A stretch of 63,209 nt of DNA, taken from an uncultured Actinomycetes bacterium (GTDB lineage Bacteria > Actinomycetota > Actinomycetes > S36-B12). Both the position numbers and the translations under genes were made by a program. Under the pieces are notes generated by a model, which saw only the letters and a program-made list of their open reading frames with translations, did not search any database and was not told where the DNA came from. Each line of letters opens with the position of its first letter. Position 1 is the first letter of the stretch. Location: assembly GCA_903960135.1 (NCBI GenBank), contig CAJBZP010000068.1, positions 1 to 63,209 on the forward strand, in the 5' to 3' direction. Shown in pieces: positions 24,741 through 33,865 of this stretch.

Positions 24741-24832
24741 CACGGGAGCTCCTGCCTAGTGGAGCTGAGAGGGCGACAGCACGGCGTCGCCGACCGTTCG
24801 AACCTGTCCGGGTAATGCCGGCGTAGGGAGGA
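24741..24832 (+). promoter_or_regulatory. TPP (THI-box) riboswitch
   Basis: Reads GGGAGCUCCUGCCUAGUGGAGCUGAGA-(GC hairpin GGGCGAC..GUCGCC)-GACCGUUCGAACCUGUCCGGGUAAUGCCGGCGUAGGGAGG. The hallmark CUGAGA, GAACCUG and GGUAAU..GCGUAGGGA blocks are all present. The 3' AGGGAGG is also the SD of the downstream ORF. Confidence 0.85.
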
Positions 24833-24834
24833 TT

Positions 24835-25443
24835 TTGGTGTCGATGTTCATGAACGTGGCCTTCAGTGCGTGGAACTATGACGTAACGGTGCTTGAGTTG
24901 CTGGCCGTGATTACCGCATTTATCGGAATCGGTCTGGCAATCCGCGGGACGCGGTGGGCGTGGCCGTTCTATTTCCTCTCAAGTGCCCTATATGGCTGGC
25001 TGCTCTGGGAGTACGCCCTCTACGGCACCGCGGCCCTGCAATTGGTTTTTATTGCCGCGGCAATCTGGGGTTGGTTCGGGTGGGGGCCGAAATCCATCAC
25101 CCCCACCACCGTCAGTAATCGAACCCGCCTGATCCTCCTGGCTGGCAGTCTCGCGGCCTGGCTCGCCTTGGTGCCCGTCCTCGCAGCAATCGGGGATCCA
25201 GCGCCGTGGCCCGATACTTTCGTCTTTGTCGGCAGTGTCGTCGCCCAGGTATTGATGGTCCGTGAGTACGCAGAGTCGTGGGTCCTTTGGATGGTCGTAA
25301 ATGTTGTGGGAGCCGCCCTTTACGCAACACAAAACCTCTGGTTCACCTCGTTGTTCTACGCGGCGCTAATTGTGCTGGCGGTGATTGGCCTGCGTAGCTG
25401 GCTAGCCAAGCGGGCACCGCTCCCGGGTTCGACTCACCTATGA
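24835..25443 (+). CDS. pnuC: PnuC-family transporter (predicted thiamine-specific PnuT type)
   Basis: 202 aa with about 7 TM helices. LYGWLLWEY...IWGWFGW Trp-rich PnuC signature. Controlled by the TPP riboswitch. Start is TTG 24835, GTG 24838 or ATG 24844. Confidence 0.8.
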   Translation: MVSMFMNVAFSAWNYDVTVLELLAVITAFIGIGLAIRGTRWAWPFYFLSSALYGWLLWEYALYGTAALQLVFIAAAIWGWFGWGPKSITPTTVSNRTRLILLAGSLAAWLALVPVLAAIGDPAPWPDTFVFVGSVVAQVLMVREYAESWVLWMVVNVVGAALYATQNLWFTSLFYAALIVLAVIGLRSWLAKRAPLPGSTHL

Positions 25444-25982
25444 GCGCGGCAGGTGGAACATCACGGAAAATTGGGCTGCTCGGCGGGGAATGCACCGGCA
25501 AGACCACTCTCGCCAAAGCTTTATGCGACCACCTTGATGCGGTCATCGTGCCGGAGTATCTTCGCGAGTTCGTCAGCACCACCGGGCGGGCGCCAACCGC
25601 CTTCGAGCAATCCAACATCATGACCACCCAAATTGCCGCGGAGAATGCCGCCTTAGTCGCCAGCCCGCATGCGCTCCTCGTGTGCGATCCCGCCGCCCTA
25701 ATGACCGCCATCTACAGCCTCGCCTACTTCGGCGATCGCTCGTTACTCGATTCCGCCGCCGTGCACGCCGCGACATACCGAACTCTTATTTGGTGTGGTA
25801 CCGACATCCCATGGGAACCTGATGGCAACCAACGGGACGGCCCGGAATACCGAGAACAGGTCGATGGCCTGATCGCCGAGGTGGTTGGCAGTGAGCTAGT
25901 GCCTGCCGGTATCCAAGTACACCGAATTGACGGCACAGTTGACGATCGGCTGCTGGCAGTCGTGAAGTTGCTGGAACACTAG
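25440..25982 (+). CDS. NadR ribosylnicotinamide-kinase-domain-like P-loop kinase
   Basis: 180 aa. Walker A LLGGECTGKTTLAKAL, then CDPAALMT and IPWEPDGNQRDG blocks paralleling the NadR RNK domain. ATGA overlap with pnuC. Confidence 0.65.
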   Translation: MSAAGGTSRKIGLLGGECTGKTTLAKALCDHLDAVIVPEYLREFVSTTGRAPTAFEQSNIMTTQIAAENAALVASPHALLVCDPAALMTAIYSLAYFGDRSLLDSAAVHAATYRTLIWCGTDIPWEPDGNQRDGPEYREQVDGLIAEVVGSELVPAGIQVHRIDGTVDDRLLAVVKLLEH

Positions 25983-26052
25983 GCGGCACTGGAACAGGCA
26001 CGGCAAGCGTGGCAACAGCACCGGCACGGGCGACGTACCTAGAATCACAAGG

Positions 26053-27915
26053 GTGGAGCAGTCTGTACCGGACCCGTTAGTCGGGCAGACGATTGATGGG
26101 CGCTATTTGGTCCGCGCGCGCCTCGCCCGGGGTGGGATGGCCACCGTTTATGAGGCCATTGATTTGCGTTTGGACCGCGTGGTCGCACTCAAGGTTATGC
26201 ACCGTCACCTCGCCGAAGACCCGGATTTCGTGGCCCGGTTTGAGCGTGAGGCGAAATCGGCGGCGCGCCTTTCGCACCCACATGTCGTTGCCGTCTATGA
26301 CCAAGGGCACAGTGACAACCTGATCTACCTGGCCATGGAGATGGTGCCCGGGCGCACTTTGCGCGATGTGATGCGCGACTTCGGTCCACTCACCCCAGAA
26401 CAGGCCCTCGTAATCCTTGACCCGGTACTTGAGGGCCTGGCTGCCGCACACGCCGCCGGTTTCGTGCACCGCGATATTAAGCCGGAGAATGTGCTGCTTG
26501 CCGACGATGGTCGGGTGAAAGTTGCCGACTTCGGGTTGGCGCGTGCGGTTTCAACTTCAAATACCAGCGCCACCCAAGGATTGATCATGGGCACGGTCGC
26601 ATACCTTTCACCCGAACAAGTTGAACGCGGTGACGCCGACGAACGCTCAGATCTTTATGCCGCCGGGATCCTGCTTTTCGAAATGGTGACCGGGCAGACC
26701 CCACATGCAGGTGACAGTCCACTCTCCGTCGCCTACGCCCATGTCAACAATGACGTCCCGGCGCCGTCCAAGATTCAGCCGACGGTGCCACCTGAGATCG
26801 ACGCCCTAGTCGTTCGCGCAACGCGTCGCGAGGCGAACTTGCGTTACCAGCGAGCTGCCGAGTTCCTGGCCGATGTAAGAAGGATCCGCGCTAATCTGCC
26901 ACCACCTCGGCCGTTCGTGGAATCACATGACACCTTGGTTGTTGACGCTTCGACCGCAGCCCGACTTGCCGCCGGTAAACCGGTGGCACCATCGCCGGCC
27001 GTTTCACCAGCAATTGCTGACACCAGACCTCGGCGGCGAAAGGGACCTTGGATCGCCTTGGTGATCTTTCTCGTCGTGCTCGGGTCCGGCCTCGGTGGTT
27101 GGCTACTCGCCACCGGAAAATCTGTGCCGACTCCCGACATCGTTGGCCAATCCACCGCGGCTGCCACCGAAATTCTCAGTGCGGCCGGGCTCTCGCTGGT
27201 GGTTACCGAAGAGCAATTCAGTGAAGAGTTGCCAGCCGACCAAGTCATCAGTAGCGATCCGGCACCTGGTGCTGGGGTTCGCGAGGGGGGCGCCGTCGGC
27301 GCCGTCGTCTCCAAGGGCCCGGAGCGTTATGTCATACCAAATGTGCAAGGGCTCACGGCCGCAGAGGCAACCGCAGCTCTTGCGGGGGCGAATTTGGTTA
27401 TTGGTTCCACCACCTCGGTATTCGATGACCGGGTACCCGCGAATGCGGTCTCCGGCACGAGTCCGGAGATCGGGACCGAAGTCAAACCGGGCACCAGCGT
27501 CGATATCGCGGTTTCGAAGGGACCAAAGCCCGTGCCTATTCCTGCTGTGGTGGGCAAGAAAGCCCAGGTCGCGGCCAGCGCACTGGCCGATCTTGGCCTC
27601 ATCGTGGTAACAAAGGAGAAATTCTCGGAGCAGGTAGCCGACGGGTTGGTCATCGCGATCCGGCCAGGCGAAGGCACGGTGGTCGACTCCGGTACCGAGG
27701 TTGACTTAGTAACCTCCAAAGGACCGCCGCCGGTTGAAGTGCCAAGCCTCGTTGACATGCCAAAGAACAAGGCAATTAGCACCCTTAAGGGCCTTGGCTT
27801 AAAACCGAAAGTCCTCGAGGCGGCAGCGACCCCACTTGATCGGGTCTATTCGCAGGACCCGCCGGCCGGCACCATGATCCCCAAGGGCAGCCAAGTCATT
27901 ATTCGTATTATCTAG
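26053..27915 (+). CDS. Ser/Thr protein kinase with four extracellular PASTA domains
   Basis: HRDIKPENVLL, DFGLA and SPEQ kinase motifs. One TM helix (WIALVIFLVVLGSGLGGWLLA). Four PASTA repeats start at PDIVGQS, IPNVQGL, IPAVVGK and VPSLVDM. Confidence 0.9.
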   Translation: MEQSVPDPLVGQTIDGRYLVRARLARGGMATVYEAIDLRLDRVVALKVMHRHLAEDPDFVARFEREAKSAARLSHPHVVAVYDQGHSDNLIYLAMEMVPGRTLRDVMRDFGPLTPEQALVILDPVLEGLAAAHAAGFVHRDIKPENVLLADDGRVKVADFGLARAVSTSNTSATQGLIMGTVAYLSPEQVERGDADERSDLYAAGILLFEMVTGQTPHAGDSPLSVAYAHVNNDVPAPSKIQPTVPPEIDALVVRATRREANLRYQRAAEFLADVRRIRANLPPPRPFVESHDTLVVDASTAARLAAGKPVAPSPAVSPAIADTRPRRRKGPWIALVIFLVVLGSGLGGWLLATGKSVPTPDIVGQSTAAATEILSAAGLSLVVTEEQFSEELPADQVISSDPAPGAGVREGGAVGAVVSKGPERYVIPNVQGLTAAEATAALAGANLVIGSTTSVFDDRVPANAVSGTSPEIGTEVKPGTSVDIAVSKGPKPVPIPAVVGKKAQVAASALADLGLIVVTKEKFSEQVADGLVIAIRPGEGTVVDSGTEVDLVTSKGPPPVEVPSLVDMPKNKAISTLKGLGLKPKVLEAAATPLDRVYSQDPPAGTMIPKGSQVIIRII

Positions 27916-27951
27916 ACCAATAACGTTGCCGATTTTGATGAATGGAACTCC

Positions 27952-29364
27952 ATGCGCGAACTTCCAGATGAGACCCGGCGAGCACTTGATATTCCAGCAG
28001 ATATCTTGGCGTTGGAACCGGACCAGATGCGCCGACTTGGCTACGAGGTTGTTGATCGAGTAATTGAGCACCTGACCACCCTGGGCGAACAACGGGCACT
28101 GACCACCGGTGACCTCGTCACCTTGACCACTCAATTAGGTGGTCCAATCCCCCGCCAAGGCTCCTCGATCTCAGAAAACCTCACCAAGCTAGCTGACATC
28201 GCATTGGCCAATCAACAACATGGTGAGCACCCGCGTTATTTCGCCCGCGTACCCGGCCCCTCCTCCTATCCAGCCATTCTCGGTGAATGGCTCGCCACCG
28301 GCATGCAGTCGGTGGCTTCCTCATGGGGTGGGGGCTCTGGCCCAAGCACCCTGGAAACCATCGTCTGCTCATGGCTGCGCGATGGACTTGGCTTGGCACC
28401 AACATGTGAAGGAGTGCTGCTTTCCGGCGGCTCCATGGCGAATATCACCGCGGTGATCACGGCACGCAATATCAAGGGCCCGGGCATCATCTATCTAACA
28501 GATCAAACCCATTCCTCGATCAAGCGCGGCCTGCTTGCGATCGGGCAACCTCCTGAGCATATTCGCATTCTCGCGACCGACAGCAGCTTTAAACTCAACC
28601 CAATCGATCTGCGTGCAGCCATCGAGGTCGATATCGAAAATGGCTTAGCACCGATGCTGGTAGTTGCGACCGCGGGGACAACCAATACCGGCGCCGTCGA
28701 CGACCTGCCAGCAATTGGCGCCATCTGTGAGTCGTTCAAGATGTGGCTACATGTTGATGGCGCATACGGCGGCCCGGCCGCGCTCTGTGATCGCGGCCGA
28801 TTGGCGCTACCTGGCCTAGAACGAGCCGACTCGTTCGTTACTGATCCACATAAGTGGTTATTTCAGCCCTATGACATAGCCTGCCTTTTCGTCAAGACTC
28901 CCGGCGCCCTTGAACAGACCTTTGCGATGAACCCCGAGTACCTGAAAGACGTCGCTGGTGGCGCCGTCGAACTGCAAAACCGAAGTCTGGAGTTGACCCG
29001 CCGAAGTCGCGCCGTAAAACTCTGGCTCACGTTCCGGTCCTACGGGCTGGAGACCTTGTCCGCTGCGATAAACCGTGGAATTGGCTTGGCGGAGTACGCC
29101 CAATTTCTCGTGGAGGAGGATGAGCGACTCGAGATCATCACTCCGGCGGCCCTTGGAATCGTGACCTTCGCTGGTATAAATGCCGATGCCGCGGACCACG
29201 TGCGAGCAGCTGCTGAACTCACCGCAGATGGTTACGCCGCGGTCTCGAGCACGGTGCTAAAGGGCCGAACCGTCCTACGGCTTTGCACCATCAACCCGAG
29301 CACCACCACCGATGACATCGCCGGCACCGTTGCCCGCCTTGCCCAGTTTCTCAGCCGAGGCTAG
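27952..29364 (+). CDS. group II PLP-dependent decarboxylase (aromatic amino acid/DABA decarboxylase family)
   Basis: 470 aa. PLP lysine motif SFVTDPHKWLFQPYD, plus SGGSMANI and HVDGAYGG blocks. Confidence 0.85.
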   Translation: MRELPDETRRALDIPADILALEPDQMRRLGYEVVDRVIEHLTTLGEQRALTTGDLVTLTTQLGGPIPRQGSSISENLTKLADIALANQQHGEHPRYFARVPGPSSYPAILGEWLATGMQSVASSWGGGSGPSTLETIVCSWLRDGLGLAPTCEGVLLSGGSMANITAVITARNIKGPGIIYLTDQTHSSIKRGLLAIGQPPEHIRILATDSSFKLNPIDLRAAIEVDIENGLAPMLVVATAGTTNTGAVDDLPAIGAICESFKMWLHVDGAYGGPAALCDRGRLALPGLERADSFVTDPHKWLFQPYDIACLFVKTPGALEQTFAMNPEYLKDVAGGAVELQNRSLELTRRSRAVKLWLTFRSYGLETLSAAINRGIGLAEYAQFLVEEDERLEIITPAALGIVTFAGINADAADHVRAAAELTADGYAAVSSTVLKGRTVLRLCTINPSTTTDDIAGTVARLAQFLSRG

Positions 29365-29839
29365 CGCCCTCGTGTTCGAGTAATGCCCGCTTAATCGCCA
29401 AGCCGTAGCCATAGCCGCCGATCCCCTTCGCGGCAACAACTCGATGACATGGCACAAATGGTGCCACCAGATTCACCGAGCATGCGGTACCCACGGCCCG
29501 GTAGGCATTTGGCCTACCCGCTCGCGCTGCTAAACCACCGTAACTATCAATTGTGCCAGGCTCGATGGTGCGCATTGCACTCCACACGTCCAACTGAAAG
29601 GGGCCCCCGGGTTGGGAAACTTCAACTTCATCGAGGGCGGTCAGCTCCCCCCCGCAGTAGCGTTTTAAAACATCTTTAATCACCGGTAGGTCAGACTTTT
29701 TGTAGGTGAACTCCGGTAAGAGCCTCGAACGAATATCGTCAATACCTCGATATGACGACGCCACCACTACACCATTAGTCACCACCACCGCGATTGTTCC
29801 GCCAGGTATTTTTGCCGTTGTGTAGGTAAGTGTCGTCAT
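29351..29839 (-). CDS. ogt: methylated-DNA-protein-cysteine methyltransferase
   Basis: 162 aa. Active site VPCHRVV. Its 3' end overlaps the convergent decarboxylase by 14 nt. Confidence 0.85.
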   Translation of the reverse strand: MTTLTYTTAKIPGGTIAVVVTNGVVVASSYRGIDDIRSRLLPEFTYKKSDLPVIKDVLKRYCGGELTALDEVEVSQPGGPFQLDVWSAMRTIEPGTIDSYGGLAARAGRPNAYRAVGTACSVNLVAPFVPCHRVVAAKGIGGYGYGLAIKRALLEHEGASLG

Positions 29840-29860
29840 TCAAATGGCTCCCTCAGCGCG

Positions 29861-31222
29861 TTATCGAGTGATCAACATGTCGGCAACTAGAAACGCCAAC
29901 TCGAGGCTTTGCTCTCGATTTAATCTCGGATCGCAGGCGGTCTCGTAGCGGTCGCCAAGGTTGTCCTCCAGCACGCCGCCGGTGCCGCCGACACATTCGG
30001 TGACATCATCGCCGGTTAGTTCGATGTGGATCCCGCCGGGGAAGGTGCCCAGATCACGGTGGACTTCGAAGAAGCCCTTGACCTCGCCGATTACATCATC
30101 AAAAACCCTGGTCTTGTGCCCGGTCGTGGCTTCTCGGGTATTGCCGTGCATTGGATCGCAGACCCATACCACCGGCACGCCACTGGCATCGACTTTCTGG
30201 ACGATACCGGGCAGCACCTCTCGCACCTGACCGGCACCCATTCGTGTGATTAAGGTCAGTCGGCCGGGGATGCGCTCAGGGTTTAGCCGTTCGGCAATTT
30301 CCACGATGTCGTCGGCAGCGGCCGTCGGGCCAACCTTGACACCGACCGGGTTATGGATTACCGAGGCAAACTGCACATGGGCGGCATCAAGTTGCCGGGT
30401 CCGCTCTCCGATCCACAAAAAATGACCGGAGACGTCGTAGGGCAACCCAGTGCGCGAATCAATGCGAGTCATCGCACGCTCATAGTCAATGGAAAGTGCT
30501 TCGTGCGCTGCGAAAAACTCAACCCGCTTGAACTCATCAGGATTTGCACCGCAAGCGTGCATGAAGGACAGTGCCCGATCAATTTCAGCCGCAAGTGAGT
30601 CGTAGCGCTGGCCGGCGGTTGAGTCGCGCACGAAATCCTGATTCCAGGCATGTACTTGACGCAGATCCGCGTAGCCACCTTGGGTGAAAGCACGCACGAG
30701 ATTCAGCGCCGCACTCGATGCGTTGTAGGCACGAACTAGTCGCTGCGCATCTGGGCGACGGGCTTGCTCGGTGAACTCCATCGAGTTCACCGCATCACCA
30801 AAGTACGAGGTTAACTCAATACCATCGCGCACCTCGGTCAACTTGGTGCGCGGCTTGAAGTACTGCCCCGCCAACCGACCAACTTTGACAACGGGTAGCG
30901 AGGCCGCGTACGTCAGTACCACTGACATCTGGAGCACTGTTTGCAAGCGCGAACGGATTGAGTCCGCGGTATTGGCCTCGAAAGTCTCGGCGCAGTCACC
31001 ACCCATCAGGACGAATGCTTCACCACGGGACGCGGCGGCTAGACGGTCCAGCAAAATATCGCATTCACCGGCAAAAACCAGTGGGGGAAGTGCGCGTAAC
31101 TCAGCCACCGCCCGGGCTAGTTCCCCGGCATCTGGCCACGGCGGCTGCTGGTGGGCCGGTAACTCCGGCCAGTTAGCCAACGGGCCCGGGTGCACTTGAC
31201 CAGGGGCAGGGGCTGCGGACAT
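29861..31222 (-). CDS. aroG: class II 3-deoxy-7-phosphoheptulonate (DAHP) synthase
   Basis: 453 aa. The length and the GQYFKPRT and CDPMHGNT motifs are typical of class II (plant/actinobacterial) DAHPS. Confidence 0.9.
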   Translation of the reverse strand: MSAAPAPGQVHPGPLANWPELPAHQQPPWPDAGELARAVAELRALPPLVFAGECDILLDRLAAASRGEAFVLMGGDCAETFEANTADSIRSRLQTVLQMSVVLTYAASLPVVKVGRLAGQYFKPRTKLTEVRDGIELTSYFGDAVNSMEFTEQARRPDAQRLVRAYNASSAALNLVRAFTQGGYADLRQVHAWNQDFVRDSTAGQRYDSLAAEIDRALSFMHACGANPDEFKRVEFFAAHEALSIDYERAMTRIDSRTGLPYDVSGHFLWIGERTRQLDAAHVQFASVIHNPVGVKVGPTAAADDIVEIAERLNPERIPGRLTLITRMGAGQVREVLPGIVQKVDASGVPVVWVCDPMHGNTREATTGHKTRVFDDVIGEVKGFFEVHRDLGTFPGGIHIELTGDDVTECVGGTGGVLEDNLGDRYETACDPRLNREQSLELAFLVADMLITR

Positions 31223-31242
31223 GGGCCAAGGGTAGAGCAGGT

Positions 31243-32268
31243 TCAGCCGAAGAAGGCGGCTGCCTCTTCATACCGGGCCACCGGCACAGTTTTCAATGCC
31301 CCGGTCGCCACCGCCAATGGCACCCGAACGATGTCGGTGCCTTGGAGGGCCACCATCTTGCCCCAGTCCTTGTCCTTGACCGCCGCGATCGCATTCAGTC
31401 CGAAACGGGTTGCTAACACCCGATCAAATGCGGTCGGGGTGCCGCCACGCTGCACATGGCCCAGCACCGTGGTTCGAGCCTCCTTGCCGGTGCGATTTTC
31501 GATCTGACCGGCCAGCCACTCGCCAATTCCCGACAATTTCACGTGGCCGAAGGCATCAAGGGTGGCGTCCTTGGTAATGAGGTCACCGTCTTTAGGCAGT
31601 GCACCTTCGGACACCACCAGAATTGGTGAATAGTGCGAACGGAACCTAGATTCCACCCAGCTCACCACCTCATTGAGGTCAAATGGCACCTCCGGGATCA
31701 AGATGGCGTTCGCCCCACCGGCCATCCCCGAGTGCAGGGCGATCCAGCCCGCGTGTCGGCCCATTACCTCGCAGATAAGTACCCGATGGTGTGACTCGGC
31801 GGTCGTGTGCAACCGGTCAATCGCTTCGGTCGCGATCATGACCGCGGTATCGAAGCCGAAGGTGTAATCCGTCCCACTTAAGTCATTGTCAATTGTCTTT
31901 GGTACGCCGATCACCGAAATACCATGCTCGTGCAGGACGGTTGCCACACCGAGAGTATCTTCACCGCCGATGGCGATCAACGCATCGATCCCTAGGTCAC
32001 TTAGGTTTTTCTCAATCGACTCGATGCCGCCATCAACTTTTAGTGGGTTGGTGCGCGATGACCCAAGAATGGTGCCGCCGCGGGGCAAGATGCCCCGGAC
32101 CGCAGCGATATCCAGCTCCATCGTGATGCCGTCGAGGGGGCCTTTCCAGCCATCGCGAAAACCGACAAAGGAAAAGCCGTAATCGGTGACCCCGCGCCGC
32201 ACGATGCCACGAATGACCGCATTTAAGCCTGGGCAATCGCCCCCGCCGGTCAATACTCCAACACGCAT
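31243..32268 (-). CDS. pfkA: 6-phosphofructokinase (phosphoryl donor uncertain)
   Basis: 341 aa. MRVGVLTGGGDCPGLNAVIRG, IGGEDT and PKTIDNDL motifs. Confidence 0.9.
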   Translation of the reverse strand: MRVGVLTGGGDCPGLNAVIRGIVRRGVTDYGFSFVGFRDGWKGPLDGITMELDIAAVRGILPRGGTILGSSRTNPLKVDGGIESIEKNLSDLGIDALIAIGGEDTLGVATVLHEHGISVIGVPKTIDNDLSGTDYTFGFDTAVMIATEAIDRLHTTAESHHRVLICEVMGRHAGWIALHSGMAGGANAILIPEVPFDLNEVVSWVESRFRSHYSPILVVSEGALPKDGDLITKDATLDAFGHVKLSGIGEWLAGQIENRTGKEARTTVLGHVQRGGTPTAFDRVLATRFGLNAIAAVKDKDWGKMVALQGTDIVRVPLAVATGALKTVPVARYEEAAAFFG

Positions 32269-32362
32269 GAGACCCGCCCCTCCCCTTGCCGGCTTACTTG
32301 GAATGTAAACGCTATCAAGGTCGGGCAGTCGTTACAGCAACCGGCGGCCTAAAGTTCAACCC

Positions 32363-33865
32363 ATGGAGCCACCGGACGCACGCGCCACGTCGGCGATCTT
32401 GGCAATTGACGCCGGCACCACCGGTGTTACTGCCTTGGTAGTGACACCGACCGGCTTGGTTGTGGCCGATGGCTACGCGCAATTCCCGCAATATTTTCCA
32501 GCCGATGGTCAAGTTGAACATGAGTTGGGCGAGATTTGGGCAGCGACTTTGACCGCCACTCGAGAGGCACTGGCCAAAACCAATCTTTCGATCAGCGCGA
32601 TCGGAATCGCCAATCAACGTGAGACCATCTGCTTTTGGGACCGCGAAACCCTAGGGTCGGCGCGCCGGGCCATCGTCTGGCAGGACCGTCGCACCGCTGA
32701 AATGTGCGAGCAGCTCCGCGCGGCCGGACACGAGCCCAAAGTCACCGCTTTGACCGGGCTGCGCCTTGACCCGTATTTCTCGGCAACCAAAATCGCCTGG
32801 GTGCGCGAAAATGACGAGCAGACTTGGAGCCAGGTCCTCAGCGGTCGGGTTGCGATCGGAACTATTGATTCCTATCTAATTGCCCGAATGACTCGCGGAC
32901 TTCACCATGTGACCGATGCGACCAACGCTTCGCGCACCATGTTGTACAACCTTCGCACCGGGGTCTGGGATCCTTGGCTCTGCTCACTCTTTGGGGTGCC
33001 GATCGATGCCCTTGCGAGCATCGTCTCGTCATACGGTGTCGTGGGCAATAGTGACCCTGCGAGCTTCCTGGGCCTTGATGTGCCCATTGCCGGAATTGCC
33101 GGTGATCAGCAAGCGGCCCTCGTCGGCCAGGTGGGCTTTACCGCAGGAGCAGCCAAATGCACATATGGCACCGGTTCATTCTTGCTCGTACACACCGGAG
33201 CCCAGCCCGCGGCATCCACCACCGGACTACTGACAACCGTTGCGCTGCAGCATCTCGATGGTCACCGTGATTTTGCCCTCGAAGGCTCGGTGTTCGTTAC
33301 CGGGGCGGCCGTCCAGTGGCTTCGCGACGGACTAGGAATCATCGCCAGCGCCGACGAAGTAGAAGCACTTGCGCGCAGCGTTCCCGATGCCGGCGGAGTG
33401 ATTTTCGTCCCAGCGCTAACCGGCCTGGGCGCACCAGACTGGGATCCCTATGCGCGCGGGTTGATCATTGGCATCACCCGTGGCACCACCAAAGCACATC
33501 TAGCGCGGGCGACCCTTGATGCAATCGCCTACGAAGTGGTTGACGTGGTTCAGCTCATGCGTGCCGAGAGCGGTATCGACCTTTCGAATTTGGCTGTTGA
33601 CGGTGGCGCCGCCGCGAACAACCTGCTGTGCCAATTGCAAGCTGATGCACTGGGCATCCCAGTGGACCGATCCGCCGAACTACAAACCACCGGCCTCGGT
33701 GCTGCTTTCCTGGCCGGCCTCGGCACCGGTGTGTGGACGTCTACCGAAGAATTAATAGCGACCCGACGAAGCTCTGGGATTTTTAGCCCGGGTGCAGCAG
33801 ACCCAATAGGCCATGCGCGTTGGCGCGCTGCCGTTAGGCGCAGTACCGCCTGGGCCAGCGACTAG
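32363..33865 (+). CDS. glpK: glycerol kinase
   Basis: 500 aa. FGGY motifs LAIDAGTTGV and IAGDQQAALVGQ. Confidence 0.9.
   Translation: MEPPDARATSAILAIDAGTTGVTALVVTPTGLVVADGYAQFPQYFPADGQVEHELGEIWAATLTATREALAKTNLSISAIGIANQRETICFWDRETLGSARRAIVWQDRRTAEMCEQLRAAGHEPKVTALTGLRLDPYFSATKIAWVRENDEQTWSQVLSGRVAIGTIDSYLIARMTRGLHHVTDATNASRTMLYNLRTGVWDPWLCSLFGVPIDALASIVSSYGVVGNSDPASFLGLDVPIAGIAGDQQAALVGQVGFTAGAAKCTYGTGSFLLVHTGAQPAASTTGLLTTVALQHLDGHRDFALEGSVFVTGAAVQWLRDGLGIIASADEVEALARSVPDAGGVIFVPALTGLGAPDWDPYARGLIIGITRGTTKAHLARATLDAIAYEVVDVVQLMRAESGIDLSNLAVDGGAAANNLLCQLQADALGIPVDRSAELQTTGLGAAFLAGLGTGVWTSTEELIATRRSSGIFSPGAADPIGHARWRAAVRRSTAWASD

Noticed and set aside
24738-24834. NAD+ riboswitch (pnuC or nadA motif), expected upstream of a PnuC gene
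   Set aside because: The conserved blocks present (CUGAGA, GAACCUG, GGUAAU...GCGUAGGGA) are those of the TPP riboswitch, not of either NAD+ class. I also saw nothing resembling those motifs upstream of nadA (61360-61485).
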